Below are positions 49,601 to 61,742 of a stretch of 64,000 nt of DNA, piece after piece. The notes beneath the pieces are model-generated. The model was not told where the DNA came from. It was given only the letters and a program-made list of their open reading frames with translations, and ran no database searches. Where the stretch lies: positions 97,776,001 through 97,840,000 of the forward strand of contig NW_024704743.1 in NCBI RefSeq assembly GCF_018977255.1, given 5' to 3'. The DNA is from Callorhinchus milii (taxonomy: Eukaryota). The stretch's first letter is position 1. The number at the start of each line of letters is the position of its first letter. A program made the position numbers and the translations under genes.

Positions 49601-49789
49601 AACAACAGTTGAAAGCAGGGAAATTGTATTCCCAGGATATGATATAGTGGGGTCTAAAATGACGTCCGCAATGGGATTTACAAAAGGACTTGCTGTTGCT
49701 CAAGGGGAATCCTGCTAGTAATCAGTAATACATCACAGGATTCCCACTCTGAAGTCAGAAGTAAATCACAATTATAGGAGTCTTCATTA

Positions 49790-50180
49790 GGATTCTCCCA
49801 GACCACCCAGATCTATGCAGACTGCATCCTCTTCCAAATGTCTTCAGGTCTTGCCCCACCCTAGCTCAGTGATCTACTGTAATCTTATTACCAGTTACTT
49901 CCTCCACTCCACCAACTCTGACCTATTTCATGCCCCATGCCGGCTCTGCCTCAACATAGGTGGGGCAGAGCGGGCATGGGGCATGAAACTTTGATTCAGC
50001 CACTTTGACCCCTCTCTTTAAACTCTCTTCCCAAATACCTCCACTGCGCCTCTCCCTTTTGGGTTTCAAAAGCCATCTAAAATGCTCTCTCAGTGACTGT
50101 ACTTTTGGCCACCTTCATCCTACGCCTCCTATCTACCTCCCATCTAGGTCAGCTGCTTAAGTCTTTGTAAGATGTTTTGA
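49790..50180 (+). mobile_element. Old L2 3' remnant containing a hairpin
   Basis: 'ccaactctgacc..ttcagccactttgacccc..aactctcttcccaaatacctccac..ttcaaaagccatctaaaa..ttttggccacc'. Confidence 0.65.
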
Positions 50181-50184
50181 GACA

Positions 50185-50502
50185 GCAAGCAAGAGGACCC
50201 AGGTTTGTTTCTCAGGCAAGGCAAAACCTTAGGCAAATTTTCTTACTCCACATGCCTCTGTTTACCTAGCACTATGTAGGAACCTGGATGTTAGACGATC
50301 AGCAGATTGTTTTCCAATCCCCCCCCCCACCCCCCACCACCCATTCACTCCATAACTCCTTGTGGAACATTGCTGTACACAATAGGATGCTGCATTTCAC
50401 CCACAAAATACATAGTCAATTTACTTTGCAATAGATTCTGTGAAGTGCTCATTGATATGATAAAGCACTATATCAAATGCATGGATTATTATATTATTAT
50501 TA
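50185..50502 (+). mobile_element. tRNA-Ala SINE, long form, decayed
   Basis: 'aaaccttaggcaaattttcttactccacatgcctctgtttacctagc' and tail 'ctatatcaaatgcatggattatt'. Confidence 0.82.
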
Positions 50503-51338
50503 TGCTGCTGAGTTGCTTTTTGTGAATCCCATTGTGAATGGCCATCTTTTTACGATCCCATTGTCTCTTGTTGATTTTCTCAAAGAATGAAAACATCATT
50601 GATAAAATGACTTACAGCTTGGCTTGGCTTGTTCTTGTCATTTCAATTTTTAGAGGTCACACTTTTTGGGAAATTTTAGACGTCTCAGGGTTAAGCAATG
50701 GTTTTATTCTTTGCTATTTTTATTTACCTGTAGGCCAATGTGACATTATTAATAATAGCTCTCTGAATATGACAAGGAAACTGGAATGCATGAAGCCCTA
50801 ATTCTCAATATTCCCATGAATTTGATTTTTTAAAAACATGGAAAATATAAAATAACAAGGATTTGGGCAAGTTAATGTCAGATTTGTGTGAAGTGCTTAA
50901 TGTAGGCCAACATATTGATGACTCAACGTTAACAAAGCTAAACCCATCTCAAATAATTTATATGATGATAGGTTTTGTTTAATAAAATGCAATATACTTT
51001 TGTTGTTCTTCATAGAATAAAAATGGTCAGTAAATCTTCAGAGATAATTTACACAGAGGAAGGCACAATTAGTAATGACTACTGATCAGTGTTACTTACA
51101 GTGTTATTAATCACTATTTCATATCATGATTCCTATAACAAATAACAATAATAACAAAAAAAATAATAATAATGATAATCCTTGAATTTGGTATGGTGCC
51201 TTTTACTTCGGAGTGCATCCCAAAGCTCTTCAAGAACTTGCTGTGGAGAGTCTAAATTGCACACAGCCATGAAATAAATGACTAATGACTTGGCCAGGAT
51301 ATCAAGAGAAATTCACTTCTCTTTTCAATTACGAGAGT

Positions 51339-54300
51339 AACAACAACAACAACTTGGATTTATTTAGCGCCCTCCATGCCGGACGGCGCCTCAGTAATGG
51401 ATCCCAGGGCTGAGCCAGGGGGAGGAAGGTGACCAAAGGCACGGTCGAAAAGAAAGGTCTTTAGCAGAGACCTGAAAACAGGAAGGAAGGGAGCGAGGCG
51501 AGGGGAGTAATGAAGGGAGTTCCAGAGCCTCAGGGCACAGTGGCTGAAGGCACGGCCGCCGAGGGTGGAGCGGAAGACTCGGGGGACGAGGAGGAGGCTA
51601 GACGCAGAGGAACAAAGGCAACCAGTACTATTTTGAGGAGATCAGAGAGGTAGGGGCGTGCAGAGGAGTGCAGGGACTTGAATACAAGGGTGAGGATCTT
51701 GAAATTGATCCTCTCTAGGACAGGGAGCCAGTGCAGTCTGGCAAGGACTGGGGTGATCGGGGAGCGGAGTTTCGTGCGGGTGAGAATGCGGGCGGTAGAG
51801 TTTCGAATGATTTGGATTTTATGGATGGTAATGGATGGGAGACCGGTGAGGAGATCATTAGAGTAGTCCAGCCAAGAGGTGACAAAGGCATGGACCAGGA
51901 TTTCAGCGGCTTTTGGGGAGAGGTATTGGCGGAGACAGGCGATGCTTCGGTGGTGGAAAAAGGTGGTGCTGGTGAGGGCCCAGATGTGGGGCAGGAAGGA
52001 TAATTGGGGGTCGAACCTGACGCTTAGGTTGCGTGCGGGTTCGGAGTTTTAGGGGGAGGTCGGGTAGGTGGAGGAGGTGAGAGCCATGAGATGTTAGACG
52101 TTGACGAGAGCCAAGGAGTATGGCTTCTGTCTTGTCAACGTTCAGCTGAAGGAAATTGGCGCTCATCCAGCCCCTGAGGTCTGACAGGCAGGCTGACAGA
52201 ACATCAGGGGACTGGGGGTCGCAAAGAGAGGTGGAAAAATAGAGTTGGGTGTCATCTGCATACATGTGGAAGTGTACCCCACATCTGCGGATGACATCCC
52301 CAAGAGGGAGCATGTAGATCAGAAAGAGGAGGGGGCCAAGGATGGATCCTTGGGGTACCCCGCAGGTAACCGGGTGAGAGCGGGAGGAGAAGCCGTTTGT
52401 GCAGACGTAATGCTGGTGGTTTGAGAGGTAGCACTCAAACAAGGTGAGTGCGGTCCCACTGAGGTGGATGACGGAGGAAAGGCAGTGGAGGATGGCGTGA
52501 TCGACTGTGTCAAATGCCGAGGAGAGATCCAGGAGGACAAGGAGGCAGAGGGAGCCCTGGTCACAGATAGAGAAGATGTTGTTTGTGACTTTCACAAGCA
52601 CAATCTCTGTACTGTGGGCAGGACGGAAACCGGACTGGAGTGGTTCGAAGAGGGAGTGGGAGGAGAGGTGTGCGCGGAGTTGATTTTCAACAATGCGTTC
52701 TAGAACTTTTGCGAGGAAGGGCAGGTTAGAAATAGGGCGGCAGTGGCTGGGGTTTGAGGGATCTAGGGAAGGTTTTTTGAGGAGGTGGGTGATGACAGCA
52801 GTTTTGAGGGAGGCAGGGACTGATCTGGAGGAGAGGGACTGGTTGATGACGTCAGCCAGTAGTGGGCAGAGGAGGGGAAGCTGGGTGGCCAGTAAGTTGA
52901 TTTGGAGGGGGTTGAGGCAGCAGGTGGTGGGTTTCATGGAGGTGATGGTGGGTGAGAGGAAGAAGGGAGAGATGGGGAGGAAGGAATGTAGGATGGGGGT
53001 GGTGGTAGAAGCAGATGATGAGGAGGGTGAGGGGGATAGAGAGGGCATGGTGGTGGGTGACAAGAGGCAGGTGGATGAGGCTGCCTGGCGGATGTTGTGA
53101 ATTTTAGATGAAAAGAAGTTCATGACCTCCTCGCACTTGGCATTTGATGTGAAGATTGAGGAGCCCTGAGGGGGCACGGAGGAGGTAATGGGTGTTAGAA
53201 AAAAGGATTTTAGGTTTGTGTTTAACCTTCAAGATGATGTTGGAATAGAAGGCCGTTTTTGCACGAGTCAAAGAACGACGGTAGCTGTGGAGATGCTCGA
53301 GCCACAGTTGGTGGTGAACTGTCAGGCCAGTTTTCCGCCATCTGCACTCGAGCAGACGGGTTGGGTTTTTTGGCGCGGAGAAGGTTGTTGTACCAGGGGG
53401 ATCGGGTGGGTTTGGAGATGGTCCTGGATTTTAGGGGGACGAGGGAGTTGAAGGTGGAGGAGAGGCGATCATGGAGCAGCTAGACGGCTGCTTCAGGATC
53501 TCTGCAGGTGGAAGGCCAGAGGGATAGGATGTTTGATGATGTGAGGGCCTTTGTGAGGGTCTCAGGGGGTAGCCTTTTCCAAGGGCGGTGGAGGATGGTT
53601 GAGGGCATGGTGGAGGAGAAAGAGATGTGAGAGGAGAAGGAGATGAAAAAGTGGTCTGAGATGACCTTGTCCACTATGCTGAAGTCGGAAATGTCAAGGC
53701 CATGGGTGATGACGAGATCAAGAGCATGACCGCGGTTGTTAGTAGGTGAGTTTATATGAAGGGTAAGGTTTAGGGAGGAGAGGAGGGCAGTGAAATTGGC
53801 AGAAGTAGTGCAAGGGGAGCTTAGGTGGAGGTTGAACTCGCCCATTATGAGCAGGTGATCGGAGCAGAGGTACAGGGAAGAGAGGAGAGTAAAGTTGTCT
53901 GTGTGGAAGGAGCCGGGGGCCATAGAGGGGTGGTAGACAAGGAAGATTTTCAATGGGAGAAAGGGGTGGAAGAGGGTGAGGTGCTCGAAGGAGGGGAAGC
54001 AGCCAGAGGAGTAGGGGATAAGACCAAGGGAGGCTTTGGAAATGAAGGCCACCCCGCCGCCACGTTGGTTTGGACAGGGGTTGTGGTGGAAACTGTAATA
54101 ATAATAATCCTTGCATTTTGATATAGCGCTTTTCACGTCGGGAGGACGTCCCAAAGTGCTTCACAGAACACACTATAAAGTGAATTGACTGTATATTTGT
54201 GGGCGAGCGCGGCAACCAATTGCGCACAGCAATGTCCCACAAACAGTCATAGATTGAAAATGACCAATTTATTATTGTTTTTGGTTTTGGAGGGATTATT

Positions 54301-54600
54301 ATTAGGCGTGTGGAGGAAGGAAACTTGCCCAAGGTTTCGCCCTGCCTGGAATTGAACTCAGATCTCTCACTTGCAAAGCGAGTACTCTAACCACTGAGCT
54401 ACAGGACTCCTTAGCCTGGAGGGGAGGCTTCCACTAGGGAGACGGGGTCATTGGGGGAGAGCCAGGTTTCAGTGAGCCCAAGAATGTCAAGGTGCTCGTC
54501 CAGGATGAGGTTTTGGATGATGAGGGTTCTATTTGAGAAGTAACGGACATTTTGGAGAGAAATGCTGGAGGGAGGGGAGGGAGGAGAGAGTGGTGCGGAG
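51339..54600 (-). mobile_element. L2 LINE with essentially complete but frameshifted ORF2 (APE endonuclease plus RT), interrupted by a SINE
   Basis: EN start LQNVR..LDILGLTETWL (54420-54565), RGGGVAFI, GEFNLH, LDLVIT, SDHF; 424-aa RT ORF with PQGSILGP and YADD; (TTG)n tail. Confidence 0.96.
54096..54410 (-). mobile_element. tRNA-Ala SINE, short form, young; inserted in the L2 endonuclease
   Basis: Splits the L2 reading frame at ..SPPG / YSFHHNP..; near-identical to the copies at 17585 and 60109. Confidence 0.95.
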
Positions 54601-54751
54601 AACAGTGCCTGTTCTCAAACGTGCAATATTTAATAATATAATAAGAATCCTTGTATTTGATAGAGTGCCTTATCACATCATCAATACATCTGAAAGTGCT
54701 TCACAAGATTTATTGCAAAGTGTAGTGACTGTGTGCATTTAATTAAACATA

Positions 54752-54933
54752 AGGCCCAAAATTCCACCTCGGCTGTTCCTGTCAAATCATTTTGGCTCAA
54801 AATTTATTATCACACAGTATTTTGAAAAATTCTTAAATTCTCAAAAAGAACCAGTTTCCAAATTAAGAATGAATTTAAGAATTTAAAAAAATGTAATAGA
54901 AAATTATTTTATAGGGTAGAATTTCGAGTACCT
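54752..54933. mobile_element. MITE related to 28304-28571, decayed
   Basis: Ends aggcccaaaattccacc / ggtagaatttcgagtacct; internal 'aagaaccagtttccaaattaagaatgaattt' resembles 28481-28511. Confidence 0.55.
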
Positions 54934-55437
54934 GGGGGTAAAAAATTTAAAATTCCTTAACCCATATGTTGTGTTTCTTAGTGCTAGTGTATAGTGTGAA
55001 ATTTGTGATTAAACGTTTACATTAAACCTCCCCTCCTCCGGCTCCCACCCGAGCTTGGCTGCCAAGGCAGGACTGTCAAGTGCCTTGGGACACCTGCCCG
55101 ATATGAAACTGTAAATGTGAATTTGTATTGTATCGTAATTTTACCCCTCAGAATGTTTTATGACCATTTAATGCTAAGGACATGAACAGGGTTGAGATTG
55201 CTTAAACTCATTTTTTTGTGTGTCAATATCTAGCAGAGAGGAAAAATATGTTTGCCACTAGTATGAGATGGATCTGACTCACATCCCAGAGAAAGATGAG
55301 TGTGTTAACCCACTTTACTACTCATTTCCCTTGAGGCTTGACCTGTTCTAACCTACTGAAAGCTTAATTATCTGATACTCAAGAATTTTTCACAAAAATA
55401 AACTGAAGTAAAAATGGGTTAATGTTTCTAAATAGTT

Positions 55438-55535
55438 GTGACGAAGGGTCAGATCTGAAACATTAGCTATCATTCTCTTTCAGGAGCTAATCGATCAAAT
55501 GTGTTTCTTCAGGATTTTCCGGTTTCATTTCAGTA
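55438..55535 (+). mobile_element. Penelope terminal fragment with a hammerhead-like motif
   Basis: gTGACGA-agggtc-a-gatct-GAAACatt followed by sequence similar to 40520-40600. Confidence 0.6.
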
Positions 55536-55543
55536 TTTGACAT

Positions 55544-55926
55544 GGAGTCCTGTAGATTAGTGGTTATAGCACTCGCCTCGCTAGCGAGAGGACTCGTGTT
55601 CGATTTCCAGGCAGGACGAAATCTTAGGCAAGTTTCCTTATTTCACACGGTTCTGTTCACCTAGCAGTAAATAGAACCTAGTTGTTAGTCGATTGGCAGA
55701 TCGCTAACTGGGGTAATAATCCCTTAACATTTTTTAAAAAGAATATTAATAATCTGGTCACACAATCCAAATCTGTTTGTGGGACACTGCTGTGTGCAAT
55801 TGGCTGCCTCGTTTCGACCACAAAATATACAGTCAATTCACTTTACAGTATATTCTGTGAAAAGCTATGAGATGTCTCGACGACATGATAAGACTCCATA
55901 TCAAATGCAAGGAATATTATTATTAT
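55544..55926 (+). mobile_element. tRNA-Ala SINE, long form, full length
   Basis: ggagtcctgtag head, 'ctgttcacctagcagtaaatagaacc', L2-type tail. Confidence 0.9.
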
Positions 55927-57419
55927 AGTAATTTACTCTGGGATATGCATTTTATCCTATAGGTCCGCTTGAATTTAAAATGATAATGCATTTTTGCATG
56001 GAAAGAATGCATACATGCATAGAAATTCTGAAATCCAGAAGGTAAGGGAATATTTTTAGTTAATATGAGAAAAAATAAGACTTTAGCAAATAAAGTAACA
56101 CTAAAAGCAATGACAATCATTGGAATTATAATAACAACAATCCTTGCAATTGATGTAGCACTTTATCACATTATCGAAATATCTCAAAACACTTCAAAGG
56201 ATTTTCTCCAAATTGTGGTGACTGTGTATTTGTGGGTGAACATGGCAGCCAGTTTGTGCAAAGCTATTCCCCACAACAGCCATGAAGTGAATTATTGATT
56301 TACCTTGGGAATTGCTGGTCAGGACACCGGTAGAAGTTCCCTTCTGCTTTTCAATAGTACTCGGGTTTTTTTAACTTCTACCAGAATTGAGTGTATTTTA
56401 GATTTTGAAGGATAATTCAGACTCACATGCAAATCACCTATGACCATTGCTCATGAAGAGCCAAAATGAATAGTTGAAGCGAAAATTGTAAACGATTTTT
56501 AGATGTAGGTACTCAATTGGTTTTCTCTATGAGCAATTTTAGATGGGAACCAATATTAAATTCAAAGCACAAGCTTCACCCTGTGAGTTGTGAAATGATT
56601 ATATTTTTCATCAATGTCTGGAAAGTCACTATTGGTTAAATCATTCACCCCAATGAAACCTGTCAAGGCTCGAAGCTTATTAATACTGTTTCTTACTTGA
56701 AGGGAAAGAAGTCTGGGGAAGGCAAGTCTGGGGCAGTAATTTTGTGTTCAAAGCACTCCGGATCTGCAGTTCCAAAAGATAAAATTGATGCTTATGAATA
56801 TATATTGTCTTCAAGAAGACATAATCTAGTTTTAAGGAAAGTCTCCTTCACTGATGGGCTGAGCCAGTGATATCACTGCAGAGAGTGTAGGAGGGTCTGC
56901 GTTTATTTTACCAGGCTTTTGAACACTGGAGTTGAGATACCTGACTCGGATAAGCCTGGTACTAGCTGGATTTTACTTTGTATCTGCCATTACTCTATTT
57001 ATCCTCTGATCTGTCTAAAACAAGATTCTTTTTTGACATTTTGCTTTAAAGAACACAAACAAATTAACAGATTTCAATATATGCAAATGATAGATACAGC
57101 TTTGACTTTCAAAATGCTTTAAAACAAGCATGTAGACTATAGGACAGAAATTGATTCCCCTTGTGTCAGAACTAAGTAATAGTGTGTAGAATGAACACAT
57201 TGGGCCTCTCAGCAGCTTATTGCTACTACTTGAGTGAATCACCACCTAATTTTCCTTTGGGAAAAGATAAATCATTTTACTGAGTGTACAAGGTGTTTAA
57301 AGTAATTTCTCAGTGTTGCACATGTCAGATAACAGCAGCTTCAAAAGTTTCTGTTCTTAAGATTGCACAACATCAAAATAGACATATCTGCAGCTTCTTA
57401 ATGGACAAAGGTTTCAAAT

Positions 57420-58073
57420 ACAACACAACAACAAGATTACACTTGTACAGCACCTTTCGCGTCAGGAGGATGTCCCAAGGCGCTGAACAATGTACAGCAT
57501 TTCAGACCTGAGCTCGGGTCAGGGAGGGAGAAGGGAGGGGAGGGGAAGGAGGGTGATTGATGGCATGGTCGAAGAGGAGGGTTTTGAGGCGGGACTTGAA
57601 GGAAGCTAAGGCGGGGGCGAGGCGGAGTGATTAGGGGATGGAATTCCAGAGGTTGGGGCCAGAGTGGCTGAAGGTTCTCCCGCCAATGGTGGGGCGGGTG
57701 GGTCGGGGGATGTGGAGCAGGCTGGAGCCGGCTGAGCGGAGAGCGCGGATGGGTTGGTTGGGGATTAGGAGGTCGCAGAGGGTGGAGCGAGGCCATGGAG
57801 GGCTTTGTAGATGAGGACCAGGATCTTGAACTGGATCCTCTGAAGGATAGGGAGCCAATGGAGTCGGGCGAGAGTGGGGGAGATGGGGTCAAGGAGTTTG
57901 GTGCAGGAGAGGACACGGGCTGCAGAGTTCTGGATTATCTGCAGCCTGTGGAGGGAGGAGTTGGGAAGGCTGACAAGCAGGGCATTTGCAGAGTCGAGCC
58001 TGAAGGTGATGAAGACATGAACAAGAGTTTCAGCGGCCTGAGGGGTGAGGTAGTGGTGGAGTTTGGCGATGTT
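57420..58073 (-). mobile_element. L2 LINE 3' part (continues at 61141-61260 beyond the CR1 insertion)
   Basis: ORF LVHVFITFRLDSANALLVSLP..QNSAARVL..LHWLP..IQFKILVL. Confidence 0.93.
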
Positions 58074-61000
58074 AAGAACATAAGAATTAGGAGCAGGAGT
58101 AGGCCATTTGGCCCCTCGAGCCTGCCCCGCCATTCGATAAGATCATGGCTGATCTTCAGACCTAACTCTAATTACCTGCCCTATCCCCATATCCCCTAAT
58201 CCCTCTGTTTTTTAAAAAATCTATCAGTTTCAGCCTTGAAGATATTCAAGGACTGAGCATCTGCAGCCTTCTGGGGTAGAGAATTCCATAAATTCACTAC
58301 GCTCTGAGTGAAGAAATGTTTCCTCAACTCTGTTCTAAAAGGCTGACCCTTAATTTTAAGACTGTGACCCCTGGTTATAGATTCTCCTACCAGGAGAAAC
58401 AACCCCTCAGTATCACCTTTATCCAGCCCTTTAAGAATCTTATATGTTTCAATATGATCTCCCCTAATTCTTCTACACTCTAGAGAATATAGCCCTAGTT
58501 TATTCAGCCTATCCTCATAGGTGAGTCCCCTCATCCCAGGAACTAACCGAGTGAATCTACACTGCACCCCCTCTAGGGCAAGTATGTCCTTTTTTAAATA
58601 AGGAGACCAAAACTGCACACAATACTCTAGGTGCGGTCTCACCAATACTCTCGGTGCGGTCTCACCATACAGTTGCAGCAAGACTTGTACTCTAAACCTT
58701 TTGCAATGAATGCTAACATGCCGTTCGGCTTCTCAGTTGCCTGCTGCACCTGCAAACTAACTTTTTGAGACTGGTGTACAAGGACACCCAAATCCCTCTG
58801 CACACTAACACTATCTAATCTCTCCCCCTCTAGAAAATAATCTGTTTTTCTATTTTTTTCTACCTCGGTGAATAACTTCACACTTTCCCACATTAAATTC
58901 TACCTGCCACCTGCTCGCCCACTCCCCTAGCCTATCTATATCCCGTTGCAATCTTTTTGCATCATCCTCAGAGCTTACTCTCCCACTGAGTTTAGTGTCA
59001 TCCGCGAATTTAGATACGTTACATTAAATGTCCTCGTCTAGATCATTGATGTAAATTGTAAATAGCTGAGGCCCAAGCATGGATTCTTGTGGCACTCCAC
59101 TAGTTACATCCTCCAATTCAAGAATGACCCGTTTATCCCTACTCTCTGTTTTCTACCCGTTAGCCACTCTTCAATCCATGCTAATATGTTCCCATTAATC
59201 CCGTGGGCCTTAACCTTGTGCAATAGCCTTTTGTGTGGCACTTTGTCAAATGCCTTTTTAAAATCTAAATATACTACATCTACTGATTCCCCCCTATCTA
59301 ACCTGCTAGATACATCTTCAAAAAACTGTAAAAGATTAGTTAAGCATGGCTTCCCTTTTGTAAAGCCATGTTGACTCTGCCTAATCTTGTTATGGTCTTC
59401 CAGGAATCCCATAACGACATCTTTAATTAAGGACTCAAGAATTTTCCCTACCACTGAAGTCAGACTAACTGTCTATAGTCTTTAGTTCGCCATCTTTTCA
59501 CTCCCACCCTTCTTAAATAGTGGTGTCACATTTGCAATCTTCCAATCAATGGGAACCGTTCCAGAATCCAGAGAATTTTGGAAGATCAAAGACAAGCCAT
59601 CCACTATCTCAGTAGCCACCTCTTTTAAAACCCTAGGATGTAGGCCATCAGGTCCAGGAGATTTATCAGTTTTAAGACCTGATAATTTACCTAAAATCAT
59701 TTCTTTACTAATATTAATTCCTCCAAGTTGCTCGCTAACATTTTCTTCTTGGTTCCCCTCTATTCTTGGTAGGTTTTCAGTGTCTTCTAAGGTGAAGACA
59801 GTAGCAAAGTACTTGTTTAATGACTCTGCCATGTCTTTGTCCCCTACTATAATTCCCCCCGTCTCTGCCTGTAGCGGACCCACATTTACCCTTGACAGCC
59901 TCTTCCTCTTTATATATTTATAAAAACTCTTGCAGTCTGTCTTTATGTTCTTCGTTAGTTTGCCCTCATATTCCATTTTCTCCCTCTTAATCACTTTTTT
60001 GGTTCTCCTTTGTTGATCCCTAAAGTTCTCCCAATCCTCAGGTTTACTGCTCATCTTAGCTGTTTTATAGGCTTCTTCCTTTAACTTTATACTTTCCCTA
60101 ACTGCTCTAGTCCTGTAGCTCAGTAGTTAGAGCACTCGCTTTGCAAGCGAGAGACCTGAGTTCAATTCCAGGCAGGGCGAAACCTTGGGCAAGTTTCCTT
60201 ACTCCACACGCCTAATAATAATCCCTCCAAAACCAAAAACAATAATAAATTGGTCATTTTCAATCTACGACTGTTTGTGGGACATTGCTGTGCGCAATTG
60301 GCTACCGCGTTCGCCCACAAATATACAGTCAATTCACTTTACAGTGTGTTCTGTGAAGCGCTTTGGGACATCCTCCCGACGTGAAAAGCGCTATATCAAA
60401 TGCAAGGATTATTATTATTATTAGTTAGCCATGGTTGGACCACCTTTCCTGTGGCATTCTTATACGTGGAATACGTGCTCGCTGGAAATTTTGCACTATC
60501 TCCTTAAACGTCTGCCATTGCTGGTCTACTGTCAAATCCTTAAGTCTAATTTCCCAGTTTAATTTGGCTAAATCGTCTCTCATACCAGCAAAATTGGCTC
60601 TATTTAAATTTAAAACATTTGCTTCGGACTTAACTACTCTCTCTAACTTAATGCTAAATTCCATCGTATTATGATCACTTTGCCCCAGAGGAGCCTTAAT
60701 TTGCAGTTTGCTGATCAGCCCTGCTTCATTGCACAAAACAAAGTCTAATATGGCCTGTTCCCTGGTTGGCTCCTTGGCATACTGATCTAGATAATTATCC
60801 CTAATACATTCTATAAACTCTTCCTCTATCATACTTTTCCCAATTTGGTTGTCCCAATCTATGTGCAGGTTAAAATCACCCACAATTAATGTTTTTCCTT
60901 TACTACATGCTCTGCTAATTTTCTGATTTATACCTTGAGAGATACTGTGACTGCTGTTCGGGGGTCTATAAACTACTCCCACTAGAGTTTTCTGCCCCTT

Positions 61001-61140
61001 GTTGTTACGTACCTCTACCCATACTGACTCTACTTCCTGCTTTTCTGATTTAAAATCTTTCCTCTCCACTGTTTTTATCCCATCCTTTATTAGCAGGGCC
61101 ACCCCCCTCCTCGTTTACCACATTGCCTATCTTTCCTATA
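58074..61140 (-). mobile_element. CR1 LINE, 5'-truncated within the endonuclease, frameshifted ORF2
   Basis: YRKDR..RGGVALLIK, VGVVYRPP, VGDFN, SDH, KSPGPDGLHP, QHGF..K.CLTNL, YLDFKKAFDKVPH, LVRPHLEYCVQFWSP; 3' tail 'attcttatgttctt'. Confidence 0.97.
60109..60423 (+). mobile_element. tRNA-Ala SINE, short form, young; inserted in the CR1
   Basis: Intact A/B boxes and anticodon arm ctcgctttgcaagcgag; CR1 sequence resumes immediately after the tail. Confidence 0.96.
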
Positions 61141-61260
61141 CAGAGGTGAGGGAAGGCAGAGAAGGTCATGACTTGGATGTGGGAAAGAAAAGACAGTTGA
61201 GGGTCAAACAAGACACCTAAGTTCCTGACTAACTTGGTGAGTTGAAGTGCGCAACCAAGG
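61141..61260 (-). mobile_element. L2 fragment, continuation of 57420-58073
   Basis: 'gaggtgagggaaggcagagaaggtcatg..cctaagttcctgact' aligns with the L2 at 43860-43975 right after the point where 58073 stops. Confidence 0.85.
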
Positions 61261-61742
61261 AGAGATATTTAACTGTTATTTTATGTTTTTCCACTACGTT
61301 TACCTAAGTATTTTGGCTACAGAATTGCCTTTAAAATTTGGGCTGTTTGTATTGCTTTTCTATCTGTACCAGGTGCTGTGGGTTGGAGAACATTTTCACT
61401 TCATGGTTTCACCCCATTTTAGAGTAAGGGCATGTAAACCTTTTGTCACTGTATCCAGAACTCTTGGCAGCCCCAATAATAATAATCCTTACTTTTGATA
61501 TTATGCCTTCCACATCAAGAGGACAAGATATACCGTAAAATGTGTATGTGTTTTGTGTGCAAACACGACAGCTAATGTCCCACAAACAGCCAAGAAATTA
61601 ATTTTATTTGGGGATTATTGGTCAGGCACTGGAAGAGACTCCCTCATCTCATCTGAAGGATAGCAGCAAACCCTCAGTCCTGCAGTGGAGTGTCAACCGA
61701 GCCTATGAGTTCCAAGTCCCAACGTGGGGCTTGAACTCACAA

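Noticed and set aside
60109..60180. tRNA-Ala(TGC)-like sequences here and at other SINE heads
   Set aside because: Each continues into the SINE body with no proper acceptor stem or terminator; they are SINE heads, not tRNA genes
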